A stretch of DNA of 63,459 nucleotides, the filler included, from Pelomyxa schiedti (taxonomy: Eukaryota > Protista > Evosea), in the NCBI GenBank assembly GCA_020536535.1. It is 10 parts of 10 records of this genome, joined end to end, with 100 filler letters (N's around TTAATTAATTAA, not from the genome) between each part and the next. Parts side by side here need not be neighbours in the genome. Positions count along the whole stretch, not along the records: positions 46,596 to 48,156 come from JAHLWZ010002419.1; positions 48,257 to 51,668 come from JAHLWZ010000332.1; positions 51,769 to 52,819 come from JAHLWZ010002932.1; positions 52,920 to 62,304 come from JAHLWZ010001295.1; 6 more parts are not named here. The stretch is one strand, 5' to 3'. Positions 47,293-60,249 of the stretch are shown here, in pieces; within the stretch, counting starts at the first letter, position 1, and each line of letters starts with the position of its first letter. The position numbers and the translations under genes were made by a program. The notes below the pieces were generated by a model. The model was not told where the DNA came from. It saw only the letters and a program-made list of their open reading frames with translations, and did not search any database.

Positions 47293-48155
47293 ATGGCAGC
47301 AGTACTTGTTACGCCCAATCCAATGGAGGGGTCCCACAATGACGTATTGCACGAACCCGGCACTCAACCGAATCCCCCAGCGGACCACGACCCCAACCCC
47401 GGGGTGCCCGCTGACTACGCCTACAGCTCCAACAACACCAACATCAACATGGCCATGGCGAACCCACAACCGCCGCCTCGGTCGCCGCCCTCGCTGTCCC
47501 CTTCGCCCTCGCCCTCGCCCCCCACGTCGCCGTCCCTGTTCTCGTTCCCGTCCCCCGGCATCCACCCTCAGCCTCAGCCTCAGCCGCAGCCTCAGGCGCA
47601 GGGGCGGCGGGCTGGGGGGGACACGGGCCGCGGCGATAATGACGACAGCGGAGGGATCGGGTGTCCGGGCACTAATGCCACGGGTACTACGCCAAACTGC
47701 AGCAGTGCAACTGCTGCTTTGAGGGGAATTTTTATTCCTGGTGGCAGTGTTGGTGTTGTTGAGAGTGATAACAGTGGGTTGGATACTAAGATTGAGGAAG
47801 ATGCGCAGGCTGGGATTGACTTGGAGTCCATTGTCAGAAACTGCCTGGCAGATGGTACGTATCTCCAAAACGCTATCTTGTGTATTTGAGATACTGATTT
47901 TATTTCCGACTTGTAGAGCGTACCGTGGACGACTTACTCGTGGGCAGTACTACAAAGCATAACTATGTTTACTTATGGAAATTCTCTCCGCAAGGAAATA
48001 CCTCTTCTTTATCTGGTATCTCGCCACTACTTCCCGTGCGGATCACTTCGACATTCCTTCACTCTTTCCCTGTATTTCGCCAAGACGAGTCCTACATCGC
48101 TGTTTACATTAGTTCTTCCCTGGAACCAAACGAAAACTCTCAAACGCTCATTAAC
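47293..48155 (+). CDS. Hypothetical protein, 5' part (P/S-rich N-terminus), cut by gap
   Basis: 198-codon first exon with ATG, GTACGT donor at ~47855 and further exon-like sequence up to the gap. Confidence 0.55.
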
Positions 48156-48474
48156 TNNNNNNNNNNNNNNNNNNNNNNNNNNNNNNNNNNNNNNNNNNNN
48201 TTAATTAATTAANNNNNNNNNNNNNNNNNNNNNNNNNNNNNNNNNNNNNNNNNNNNTCTATTAACACCACAGCAACAACCATGAGATACGGCACCCCACT
48301 GGCATCATCATGGCCCAGCTGGCATAACACAACCACAACCACATCGCCAACCAACTTGCTGTTCCTTGGGTTCTCTGAGAAAACTGCACAGTGCCTAAGT
48401 TTGACCAATTTTCAAGGGCAGTCAACTGAAGTTCACCAACATTGTTATTTGATTTATCGTTATCATCGTAAGTG

Positions 48475-51135
48475 ATGGTCGCGGTACCAACACTCGATTT
48501 GTTATTAGTACCATTAGCCGATGCCCTGGGGTAAAAACTATCACATAATGTTTATTGGACATAAACCGAAACAAAACGAAAAAAAAAACAAAAATATACA
48601 ACAAAATAAAATAAATCCAAAACTATGTCCAATGCACAGTTTAAACCATTCATTTAGACAGGTTTTTTTTTCTACCAAGTCTCATTTTTGTGTAGGTTCC
48701 CAGTGGATCAGTTGAGGCTGGCAGCCTGTTTGGTATTGTGCATACCAACATGCACGTTTTTGCGTGCAATGAGGTCAATGTCACTCAGCAGAAATATCCT
48801 GGTAAGGCATNNNNNNNNNNNNNNNNNNNNNNNNNNNNNNNNNNNNNNNNNNNNNNNNNNNNNNNNNNNNNNNNNNNNNNNNNNNNNNNNNNNNNNNNNN
48901 NNNNNNNNNNGTGTAGGTTCCCAGTGGATCAGTTGAGGCTGGCAGCCTGTTTGGTATTGTGCATACCAACATGCACGTTTTTGCGTGCAATGAGGTCAAT
49001 GTCACTCAGCAGAAATATCCTGGTAAGGCATCCCGGAGATCATAATACACTATTAAACTTGAGAAATTTCCTTATGTTTGTTTCAGCACTTCTATTCAAT
49101 TGTATTGGGGATTTGGATGTCATATTACATGTACGGACTTGGTAAAATCAACCTATTTTGAATTTCTCCGCTTTACATTCACTTTTGCAGGAACTTTGAC
49201 GCCTATCATCTCCTCACTTATTGTCTACCTTGCTATGAAATACCTCCCGACGAATTTTGCCTACAAGTTCTCTGCTGCGTTCGCATTTATATTTGTGTTT
49301 TGCTGGTAAAAAGTCCCGGCAAGATGCCACATACTAACCTTGGGTAATAGTCACATTTATCGAATGTTAACAGATCCGTATGGTTGGCATATGGACTTCA
49401 CGAGTATCCAAATGCTGCTCACAGTGAGGCTAATGCAATTCGCATTTTGCGTACATGATGGCACTCTTCCTTTAACTGTGTCTCCCTTCTGTGTTTCGCT
49501 CCATCTCAGTTTTCTTTTTTAGAGCTTATCTTCACGTCAGAGGAAGTACAGAATAACTAAGTTTCCAACACTGCTAGAATATTACGGATGGCATTTCTTC
49601 CTTCCTGCAGTCATCGTCCTCACATTTGAGTACAATGCCTACATGGCTTACATCACAAACTCGCCAATGCCCTCTAAGACACAGGGGCAAACAACAACGC
49701 ACAAAGAAACGCTGATTGGATGGATTACTAGCGCTCTGTCAAAGTTGGGAGTTGCATGCTTGTGCATAGGATCGGTGGTTGTTTTGGGTGGCAAATATGA
49801 CGTGAGTGAGATGGAGCCCTACTGCAATGGTGACCACAGTCTGATGCTAAAGTTGGTCTATATTTGGCTCTTGAACTTTTTGTACTTATCACTTTTTTAC
49901 CCAGACTATGGGAGATATATGCTGTGGCCGTGAAACAACGCATGCGTTATTACTTTGCGTGGTACTTCTCTGAAGCCTTGATGGATATTTCTGGTTATGG
50001 GTTTTCACACAAGACTGGAAAATGGTTACTTTTTTATTGCCAGGTTCCTTCACTTACAGTAAACAGGACCCGAGGAAACAATGTGAGAATGCTCACAACT
50101 GAATTTGGCCAGAATCTGCACTCCTGTATAGATGCCTGGAACAAGGTATCACTCCAACACTCCCCAGTCACATTAAATAACCGCAACTTTAGCGAGTAAA
50201 CAAGTGGCTGCGTTTTTGTATGTTTCCAATTTGTTTGCTACAATTAAGTGATGATTCTTAAGACGCTTTTGAGCGGTTACCATTCAGCAAATCCAGGAAT
50301 GCAGATATCACTTTCTTGATGAGTGCTACTTGGCATGTATGTTGACATCCACTCCCTCCGTTTCTTTTCACGAGCGGCNNNNNNNNNNNNNNNNNNNNNN
50401 NNNNNNNNNNNNNNNNNNNNNNNNNNNNNNNNNNNNNNNNNNNNNNNNNNNNNNNNNNNNNNNNNNNNNNNNNNNNNNTTAAGACGCTTTTGAGCGGTTA
50501 CCATTCAGCAAATCCAGGAATGCAGATATCACTTTCTTGATGAGTGCTACTTGGCATGTATGTTGACATCCACTCCCTCCGTTTCTTTTCACGAGCGGCA
50601 CCTCAGGGCATTTACACTGGCTATTTTATGGCGTTTGTAACAATTATTTTCCACCGGTTCACTGTTCAGGGTATTCCCGAAACCCCGAGTATGCCAAGTT
50701 TCAACACTAAAACAATCGCAGTTGCCAGACAGAGGTTACGCCCACAAGCAATGAAGAATGCCGTCCTGAAGAAAGTATATGATGTTCTCGGCATTGCCGC
50801 ATCCCAACTAGTATTGTGTTACTCCCTGGCGCCCTTCCTGGTTTATTCCCATACCCAACAATTCATCTTCCTGTTCCGCTATCTTATTCTCTCCCACTCA
50901 ATTCAATTCCTCACCACACCGGCTATCTCATCCACATTTTCTTCTTTGTGTGTGTTCAAGTGGCACTAACTAACAACGCACACAGTTGCTGCAAGCGAGC
51001 ATGGCGCTGCGTGTATGGAACAGCACATACTGGATAGTCCACACTGTATGTGGCGTAGGTGCCCTCCTCGTCAGGGCGGTTGTACCCCTTCCCCCTCGCA
51101 AACCTTCCCCTTCACCTGCCAACAAGTCTGAGTAA
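48475..51135 (+). CDS. MBOAT-family lysophospholipid acyltransferase (LPCAT3/MBOAT1-like), multi-exon
   Basis: FPVDQLRL, DFTSIQMLLTVRLMQFAFCVHDG, FPTLLEYYGW, RYYFAWYFSE, DAWNK, and spliced TFLMSATWH|GIYTGY with the catalytic His; TAA at 51133-51135. Confidence 0.9.
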
Positions 51136-52919
51136 GAGAAGAAGCTCTTACACACAAATCCCCTAATTCTGTTGCACAAGAAAAATGTGTTGGGATGTCC
51201 AAAATCAGTGTTCGAGGGTCTTGGGTGTGGTGGAAGATGTGCCCTCAGCTGCGGTGAAAGCATCAGCCATTGGTCAATCAGTGGTTGATCCCTTTTCTGG
51301 GTACTTCTGAGAGCACACTTTCCGGAAATTTAGATATTTTTTTCCTTGAGGGAATGCAGGGTCGAGGCCAAAGGAAACTGGTTGTTTCTTGTTTTTTTTT
51401 GGTTTTCCATTTTTTTTAACCACAATAATGGGCAACAGGACGAGAGGCCAAAATAGCGTGCATGAGGGCACCCACAGTACTCGCTGAAGATTCATCACCA
51501 CCCTCAACAACAACAACAACAACAAACACAGAGGACACACTGGGACCACTCAGAAGAAGGGCCGTTGTCGGCGATGAGCTGTGTGTGGTCATCATGATGG
51601 TGCTCAGGTTCATTTGCACTCTGAGGCCTGTCTTGTTCAGCATCGAGGACGCCGGCGTGTTCCACTCCNNNNNNNNNNNNNNNNNNNNNNNNNNNNNNNN
51701 NNNNNNNNNNNNTTAATTAATTAANNNNNNNNNNNNNNNNNNNNNNNNNNNNNNNNNNNNNNNNNNNNATTAGATTAATTACAGCGATTTATTTGTTATC
51801 ACACCTCACGAGACATTGGAGAAAACAAAACTGATTGACATCGTTTAAAAGGCATCTACCACCACAAATGGTCTGTTTGCCTTTCTCACTTGACCTCGCG
51901 TCCCTACCATCGCCGACATGGTGACGCCACCGGCATGGTCACAGCCTTGCCGGTTTTTTTGATGAAAATGGTTGTTTCCGCTTCGTTTAAAAGGCCGATC
52001 CGGCCCCAAAACCTTCCTTAAACTTTTTAACTCGGCGCCTTCCTTTTTAACTCGCTTCACTCATGGACGCCAAGCAGCTTGAGGGATTGTTGCATGCTAT
52101 TCTAGACAATTTGAGTTTTTGGCAGAAAATTGATGAAGCTATTTGGAGAATGATTACCAGGAAACTTCTAAGGCGTGATGTGGCACGACCCACCTGCAGT
52201 TTGATGTAAGGTTGTTAAACTCTAAAAACATTTTGTTTCCGAAGATACTTGATACAAACCCGATTTTTAGAGTACAGTGGTCAAAGTCCTGAAAAATATG
52301 TTGAATTTCGCCCTAACGAATCGAAATTTCGCGTTTTTTCCAACAGACCAATGTGCTTGCAACCAAAAAAATCAGTCATCTCAGCAGCTGGCAGGCTCTC
52401 CTGTGCTTGCCACCTCGTCCACTGGTGGGTAGATGAGATGAGAAGGAGAACTGTGGGTTAAAGGACAACTTGCCTGTATCAGCAGCCAACTACAACGGGT
52501 AACATCTATCGTGCCATCATCTGCTGTTCCAAACTTGGTCATTCCGGGTGTCTGCCAGCATGTTAGTGGGACCAGGGAAGGCTATGGTGGGTACAAACCG
52601 AATTCCAAGTCAGTGAGGAACAGTTTCCAAAGGTGTCCGCTTAAGTCTGTGGAAAACGTGAGAGAGAAAGAGGAAAGACAAGGGGTACCCAACTTCCCAT
52701 TAGACTTACCCTAAAAATCATTAATCAGCGTTTTCTCATCCATCTGGCAGGAATCGGCTTCACGCAACAGCTTTTGATAAATCGATAAAACAAAAGTTTC
52801 CGTTCTGGAAGTTCCAGCTNNNNNNNNNNNNNNNNNNNNNNNNNNNNNNNNNNNNNNNNNNNNTTAATTAATTAANNNNNNNNNNNNNNNNNNNNNNNNN
52901 NNNNNNNNNNNNNNNNNNN

Positions 52920-53039
52920 TTTGTTTGTTTGTTTGTTTGTTTGTTTGTTTGTTTGTTTGTTTGTTTGTTTGTTTGTTTGTTTGTTTGTTTGTTTGTTTGT
53001 TTGTTTGTTTGTTTGTTTGTTTGTTTGTTTGTTTGTTTG
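52920..53039. repeat. (TTTG)n microsatellite
   Basis: About 30 perfect TTTG units abutting a gap. Confidence 0.95.
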
Positions 53040-53650
53040 GTCATCATGACTCACTTTTCCCGGCTCTGCTGTGGTTCATATAGCGTCGGCCACCACCAAT
53101 CGACTGCCCAGAGGAATATGCAACACTCATCGACTCGTGCTGGAAGCAACAATCAGAAGACAGAAAAAGTATGACAGATATATGACGATGATTTTCTTCC
53201 TCTCATCCCAACCCCCAAACACAACCACAACCCAATGCAGGCTTTGCTGACATTGACGTTCAAACCAGTCAAATGTACGAAAAGGAGAGACGAATCTTTG
53301 ACCCCTCCTCCACCCCTGTCACCACTCCCAAGCAACACCCAAAAACAAAATCGGCAACATCCTGATATGGCCAAAAACAAAACAGCACCAACCCCCACAC
53401 CCGCAGCCAGGATAGACATTTTTTTAGCAAGCTTTGACCGCTTCTTTAAGCGTGTTCTGCAGATATCGTATGACACTGTGATGGAAATCTGCATTGCTGT
53501 TAGACGAAAGCATCAGATTCGGAGATCTGGAAAACGGAACAGTGTATTTGCTTGGATTCGAACTTTCGAATCAAACGATATTCACCCCTTTCGTCGTAAT
53601 AAACAAGTAAGAAGGATCCTTTATTTGTTGACATCAATCACAACCTCCCA

Positions 53651-55406
53651 ATGGCGTTTACTGAAGAGATCCATGAACTGCTACCACATTTGCTCGAAAC
53701 ACGCAGGGCAATCCACATGCACCCTGGTTGGGCAAATTGTTCTTTCCTTGCCTACCTGACAACATTTCTTTCAAAAACAAAAACAAACCGTTGAACGGAA
53801 TTGATGGCATGAATCGCAGAAGTGGCAACGGAGGAACACGAGACACAGAAGAGGGTGATACAATTCCTCCACGACCACATTCCTGATGTCTCTACGAAGG
53901 TTCCTTTTTTTCATGCTCACACATGAAGTGTTTACATTGTTTGTTTGTAGGTGTGTGCCACAACTGGGGTTGTGGTTGATATCAAGGGCCCCGTGGATCC
54001 TGATAGCACACCCGAAAGAATGGTTGCACTTCGTGCTGACTTGGATGCTTTGCCAATGACTGGTGTGTGCCAACAGAAGCCCTTTTTTTTTTTTTTTTTT
54101 TTTTTTTGGAACTCATCAGTGGCAATCAGAGGGTAACGAAGGCATGGCTTGGAGATCACAGATGTAAGCAATCCTGTCACGTTGCATTCTCTTTAATATA
54201 GCTTAGTCCAGGAAAGGCTCATATGTGTGGTCATGACGGGCACATCACAATGCTTTTGGGTGCTGCTGTTTGTATCTCAAAGGTAGTATACCAGTTTACA
54301 GGACCATCCTTATTTTGTAGGTGCGCAGCAAACTTCCTCCAAATACAACTGTACGTTTTCTGTTTCAGCCAGCAGAAGAAGGCATTGGTGGCGCCAAAAG
54401 GATGATTGCTGAGGGTGCCCTGGAAGGAGTTGATGAAATTTATGCTGTTCATGCCTGGGCTGACCTCAACAATGGTTATACTTGTACTACTGCGCAGCCG
54501 TCATGCTAATTCTCTCCAAGGACTTCTGGCTATAATGCCAGGCTATATCATGTCCCACATGCAAGAATTTTATGTGACTATTACTGGCTCAGGCGGCCAT
54601 GCCTCTGCACCTCATGTTTACTTTCGTAATTTATCCTAATTCTCAGCACATCAGAGGTGCGTTGACCCACTGATATGTGCTTGCCAGACAATTACCTCAT
54701 TGCAGTCCATCATATCCCGAAATGTACCTCCCACTCATTCAGCCCTTCTTTCAGGTACTGCTTTCCCAATCATTAGAGAAATAGTCATATACGCCGAAGT
54801 TACCACGATGCACGGCGGGGAGGCCAATAACGTTATTCCAAATGAAGCGAAATTTACTGGTACTATCCGGACCTTTGATGCTGAAGATTCCAAACTAATT
54901 TACAAACGTTTAGAGGAAATAGGTCATCCCCATAACTGCACAAGAATCCAACTAACTTTGTTTCAGTTATGCACACAAGTGAAGCATATGGTGCCTCTGC
55001 AAAGATAGAGCTTGTAGACCTTTATCCATCCCTTTTCAACACTGAAGGCCCTGTTAATCGCGTGAGGCGAGCCGCGACTCGGTGCAGCAACCCTTTTACT
55101 CCGACCACTGAAGGATTTCCTTTCATGGGTATGTTAGTTCCTTACCTTCCATTTTCTCTAAAAAGTGTCTCAAGCTTCAGAGGATTTTGCCTTCTACACA
55201 CAGGCGGGTGTTCCAGGAGCATTTTGCTTGCTTGGAAGCACTCACGGAAACCATGGAGCCAATCACACTGTTAACTTTGACTTTGACGACTCCCTACTTA
55301 ATAGAGGTATGGTTCTCCCTTCATTAGGCTCAGAAAAATTGTACATTTAGGTGTTGAACTCTGGGTGAAAATTGTTGAAGACTTCTTTGGGGTGGCATTG
55401 TATTGA
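53651..55406 (+). CDS. M20D-type amidohydrolase (IAA-amino acid hydrolase/hippuricase-like), multi-exon
   Basis: RRAIHMHP|[60 protein letters not shown]; TGA at 55404-55406. Confidence 0.92.
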
Positions 55407-55559
55407 AACAATAAAAGATGTTTTCTTTAAGCAATGCTTGTTTGGCCTTTTGCCTGGACCTCAGGGTGAAAAGTTTTCATCAAACAAAGGTCTTTAGATC
55501 CAATGATCAGCGGTTTTCGGGGAAAGAACCAAAAACAAAAAAAAGCCAAGGGTTCTCAG

Positions 55560-56915
55560 ATGCGGTGCGCGGTTTTCGTCGTGCTAACGGTTGTTGTCGG
55601 CGCTGTATTATGCTCGGATAGCGACTCGTGGGAGTCTTGGAAGAAGACTTATGGGAAAGAATACCGCACGAGATCCGAAGACTTGGCACGCCGCGCCGTT
55701 TTCCTTTCCAATGTGCAGTATATTGCAGATTTCAACTCTGAAGGTTTGGTCATTTTGATACCGGAAGGAAGCAACTCTCTAATTTTTTTTGTTTTGTTTT
55801 TTTTTCCCTTCACCTGCAGCAGGACATTCTTATAAACTTGCTGTGAATCAATTTGCTGATTTGACCAGAGGCGAATTTAAGGAAGCTATCTCCAAGGACT
55901 CATTTGTGGGAAAGATTAAGCGACCTGAGAGGCTTTCTCCCTCATCAACTCCAGACGGTTCTGTTGATTGGCGCACTGCGGTATGTTTCACTCCCATCTT
56001 TCAATTACAGGATAATAATAAGAAGAAACCTTATTCATACACAAAACTCAATATTTGTCAAAGGGGTGTGTTGGAACAGTTATGGATCAAGGAGAGTGTG
56101 GTTCCTCATGGGCCATCGTGTCTGTGGATACTGCCCAATCTGATTTCTGTGCTCAGCTCGGTCTAAATGTGAATGCCTTGATTCTTTTAAGGTTTCCCTC
56201 GTTTTAATCATTTTCCTAGGAGGCCATGTCTGTACAACAAGTAATTGATTGCGATAAAGCAAGCCATGGGTGCAATGGTGGCACACTCAACAGTGCTTTT
56301 AATTATATTGTATCCTCTGGGCTTGAGCCAGCTTCAGTCTACCCATACACTGGGTAGGCTTATATTTCTGTAGGATAAAACATAACATTAAATAGAACAT
56401 CTGGGACATGCAAATATAATTCCTCGGCAGCCACTGGGAGGTTTGATGCTATTATCAGGGTAGCAACAGGTGATGAAGATGATCTCACTACCAAGTTGAC
56501 AAAGTATGGACCAGTCGCTGTTGGTATCGACGCATCCACGTGTGTACTCCACCTACATTACCTTGGACTAAATCAATTTGCGAAGAATGCAATTCTACAA
56601 GAGTGGTGTATTCTGTGGTCCTTGCGGCACAACTATTAATCACGAAATGATGCTTGTTGCATATAATCAGGATACCAAAAACTCTCTGAACTACTGGACG
56701 CTTCAAAATTCCTGGGGGTTTGTGCTTTCTTTCTTTCTTCTGCAATTCACACCCACAAAGGACTGGATGGGGAATGAGTGGCTGTGTGTACAAATCATCT
56801 CCCTCTTTGCTTTCATTTTCCATTCACACCAAAATAAACAGATATTGAACTTTGCAGAGGCAAAGACATGTGTGCTGTGGCTGATGCGGCCTCCTGCCTC
56901 GATGCCGTGGATTAG
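55560..56915 (+). CDS. Papain-family (C1A, cathepsin L-like) preproprotein with the catalytic Cys replaced by Ser
   Basis: Signal peptide, I29 prodomain (RRAVF..N, NQFADLT..EF), SVDWR, QGECGSSWA, DCD...GCNGG, YPY, GPVAVGIDAS, NHEMMLVAY, YWTLQNSWG. Confidence 0.88.
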
Positions 56916-57670
56916 ACATGCCAAGTCCCCGCTACTGCCCGATCTGATATCAATTTTTTTCGGCCCATTCGCACACTACTGAGAAACACAACAAAACCAA
57001 AATCTTCGCTTCATTTACTTTTGTTTTTGGAGGGGCGGGCGCCGCTGGGGTTGTGAGAGACGGTCACACATAAGAGGTTTTAGTAAACGTGAATGGAGTA
57101 GGGGTACATGAAGGACCTTGGTGCCTTCTTCAAACCGTTATTAAAGTCATAATATTGCCTGAAAATGGTAGAAGGTGAACTTGAACATGGCAACAAAGGT
57201 GACTGGGTCAAACATAACAGGCGAGGCACTACTGACTCCCTCCGCAATGTATCATTGTATTGATTCCATTGACTAATAAAGTAACTATCACAGCGTTCCC
57301 TAGGCCCGAGACCGAGTGAGTAGAAACTGACAAACAGCTCCCTCCTCATGGAACCGCCTGTAATTCTCTTCTAGCTAGATATGGGGAGTCAACACTAAGT
57401 GAAAAGGAGCACTTTGTGAACTTAGGAGAGTTATCAGTAGCAACTGCAAACAATGGCCACACCTCAAAAAGCAATCTGCAACTCAAGTCATCGAACACAA
57501 CCACCGGTGTTAAGGGCATTTCGATGGCTGTTCAGAGGGTAAAAAATGCCAAAATTTTAAGTTTCATTTATATCTTGATGACAAACACATGAAATTCCGG
57601 TCAAATTGGTTGAAAACCAGATAGCAAAAGAAACGAAAAAAAGGAAATCAACAACAAACGCAACTCTAGA

Positions 57671-60165
57671 ATGAGCATAGAGGCACGAGAGGCTAAAGAC
57701 AAAGGAAACGCCGCCTTCGCCCGAGGCGACCACGCAGAGGTACCGTAGATCTGATCTCGCTTATTTAGTTGTTTGTTCTGTGAGAAAACGTTCCGTTGTT
57801 CTTTCCCTCTTTTTCTCTTCTCGGCTTTCTTTAGTTTTTGCTAAACGCTTTGTTGTGTGGCTTCGTTGTCAAATTTCAGTAAATTAATTTGACTGAATCT
57901 ATCGGTAGGCTGTTCGTTGGTTTAGCGAGGCCATTGCTTATGATGGAGGAAATCATATCCTTTACAGCAACCGATCTGCGGCTTATGCCGCAATGAACAA
58001 GTACCAAGAAGCTCTTTATGATGCCGACAAGTGCATCGAGCTGGCACCAACCTGGGTGAAGGTAGTACTTTTCTCTCTTTTTGATTTTGAAAACTTAATT
58101 TTTTGATACCTGTTTTCTAACCTTTTCAGGGATATGGCAGAAAGGGATTGGCTCTCCATTTCCTGGCACGTTATGATGATGCCATCGCAGCGTACCAGAA
58201 AGGTTCGAAACATATCAACAACCTCTGGCTATTCTTTCCTTTCTTACCTGGTTAGGATTGGAATTGGACCCTGCAAGTGAGCAATTCAAAAATGGGATTG
58301 CTGACGCCAACCAGGCGAAAGCCCAACAAGAACATGATGAGGAGTCTTTTGCAGGTTTGAGATTTGTTGTTGAACATGTCCATGTAACTGTGAATGCACA
58401 GGAAACAACCCACTTGCGCAAGCATTTAGCGGAGATATTTGGGCCAAATTGGACAATGACCCCAGAACGTCCACATTCCACTCAACACCCGCCATTTTCA
58501 ACAAAATTGAGCTTGTAAGGAAAAATCCCCAATTACTTGAGGGGTATGTAGTTTTCTCTACTTTCTGGAATGACTTATTCGTGGTAAGGCTTCTCGGGGA
58601 TGAATCAGTAATGCAAGCTCTGGCCGTTCTCCTCAATATCCCTATTAATCCAAACCCAAGACCTACATCAGGAGCCTCTTCAACTCCTTCGTCTACACCC
58701 TCACGCACACCACCCCCCTCATCAACCTCAGCAAAACCCTCTTCCACCTCTACCACAACCTCTTCATCTTCGAAGCCTGTTGAACCCGAGGTTTTACCTG
58801 GACTTTCCATACCTGTTTTGTAAAGTTTCTCTAGATGCCTCCAGAGAAAGTGGCGGCAGAGAAGGAGAAGGAACTCGGAAATCAAGCCTACAAGCAGCAG
58901 CAATTCGAAACCGCCGTTGAGCACTATACCAAGGCCATGGAGCTTTACCCCGATGAGATTGTGTACAGGTCCAACAGGGCAGGTAATATCCTTCTCTGTT
59001 GCCGCTAAAATTAAATGGTCTTTTCTTTTTAGCTGTATACCTTGAGATGGGGCGATATGAGGATTGCATTAGAGATTGCGAACAAGCCCTCGAAGATGCA
59101 AAACGGGTGCGAAAATACACAATGAACGGAAAGTAAGAGCCTTCCCGAGTCTCTTTTTTTATGTCAAACTGAAGTATTCTCTAGGTTGCTAGCCAGAATA
59201 GGAAACGCATATGCAAAAATGGAAAAATGGGCAGAAGCTATCACATACTACAACAAATCTCTTACAGAACAGCGAACTGCAGACACACTCCAGAGGTTAC
59301 AAAAAGTAGTAGGAAAGACTCGAGGGTTACATTTAAGAGTACCTTTTAGGCAGAGAAAGCTAAGAAAGAAGCAGACGAAAAGGCGTATTTCAATCCCGAA
59401 ATTTCATTGGCGGAGAAGGCCAAGGGAAACGACGCTTTCGCTAAACAAGACTTCCCTGAAGCAATAAAATGTAACGCTCCAAAATACCCCACTTCGCTGA
59501 TGTTTTTAAAGGTTACACAGAGGCTATCAAGAGAAATCCCAAAGATCATGTTCTCTACAGCAACAGATCCGCCTCGTATCTCAAGCTCGGGGAGTTCCCT
59601 TATGCCCTTAAGGATGCTGAGGCCTGCATTACCATGAACTCCTCATTTGGTAATTATTTACTTTTCACATTCAATTCTTATTTCTTAAATATTTATTTAG
59701 TGAAGGGATACACAAGGAAGGCAGCATGCCATTTCTACATGAAGGAGTACCACAAGGCCATGACAGCTTATCACGAGGGGCTGAAAATTGGTATCACCCA
59801 TTCTTTACCACAGTAATTACACAATTTAACTGCATTATATAGACCCCAACAACGCCGAATGCCTAGAGGGGCTCCGAAACGTTGAAAGTGCCATTATGGG
59901 TGCCTCAGGTAAAGATAAGCCCGATGAAGAGCAGCTCAGACACGCTATGGCCGATCCAGAGATACAAGCTATCCTCACGGATCCCATCATGAGGCAAGTT
60001 CTTCAGGACCTGCAGTCTGATCCCTCAGCCGCCCGGAGGTAGTACAAAGCAACCTACAAACTTGCCTCCATTGTTACTAATCACATTTCCAGGCACATGG
60101 CCAATGCTGAAGTTGCCGACAAGATATCCAAGCTAGTTGCAGCTGGTGTTATACGTACTGGTTAA
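57671..60165 (+). CDS. STI1: Hsp70/Hsp90 organising protein STI1/HOP (TPR1-DP1-TPR2A-TPR2B-DP2)
   Basis: KDKGNAAF, LYSNRSAAY, KELGNQAYK, AEKAKGNDAF, DPEIQAILTDPIMRQVLQDLQ, KLVAAGVI; TAA at 60163-60165. Confidence 0.95.
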
Positions 60166-60249
60166 GAATTACATTCTATGCTATGTTAGTTGATTTTGAA
60201 GCACACTTCTACAACAAAATAAAGAAAAAAAAAAAGAACTATTTTCTTT

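Noticed and set aside
48690-49030. Exact ~120-bp direct repeats either side of 100-N gaps (also 50259-50378 versus 50479-50598)
   Set aside because: Identical sequence flanking fixed-length gaps within MBOAT exons indicates unmerged contig overlaps.
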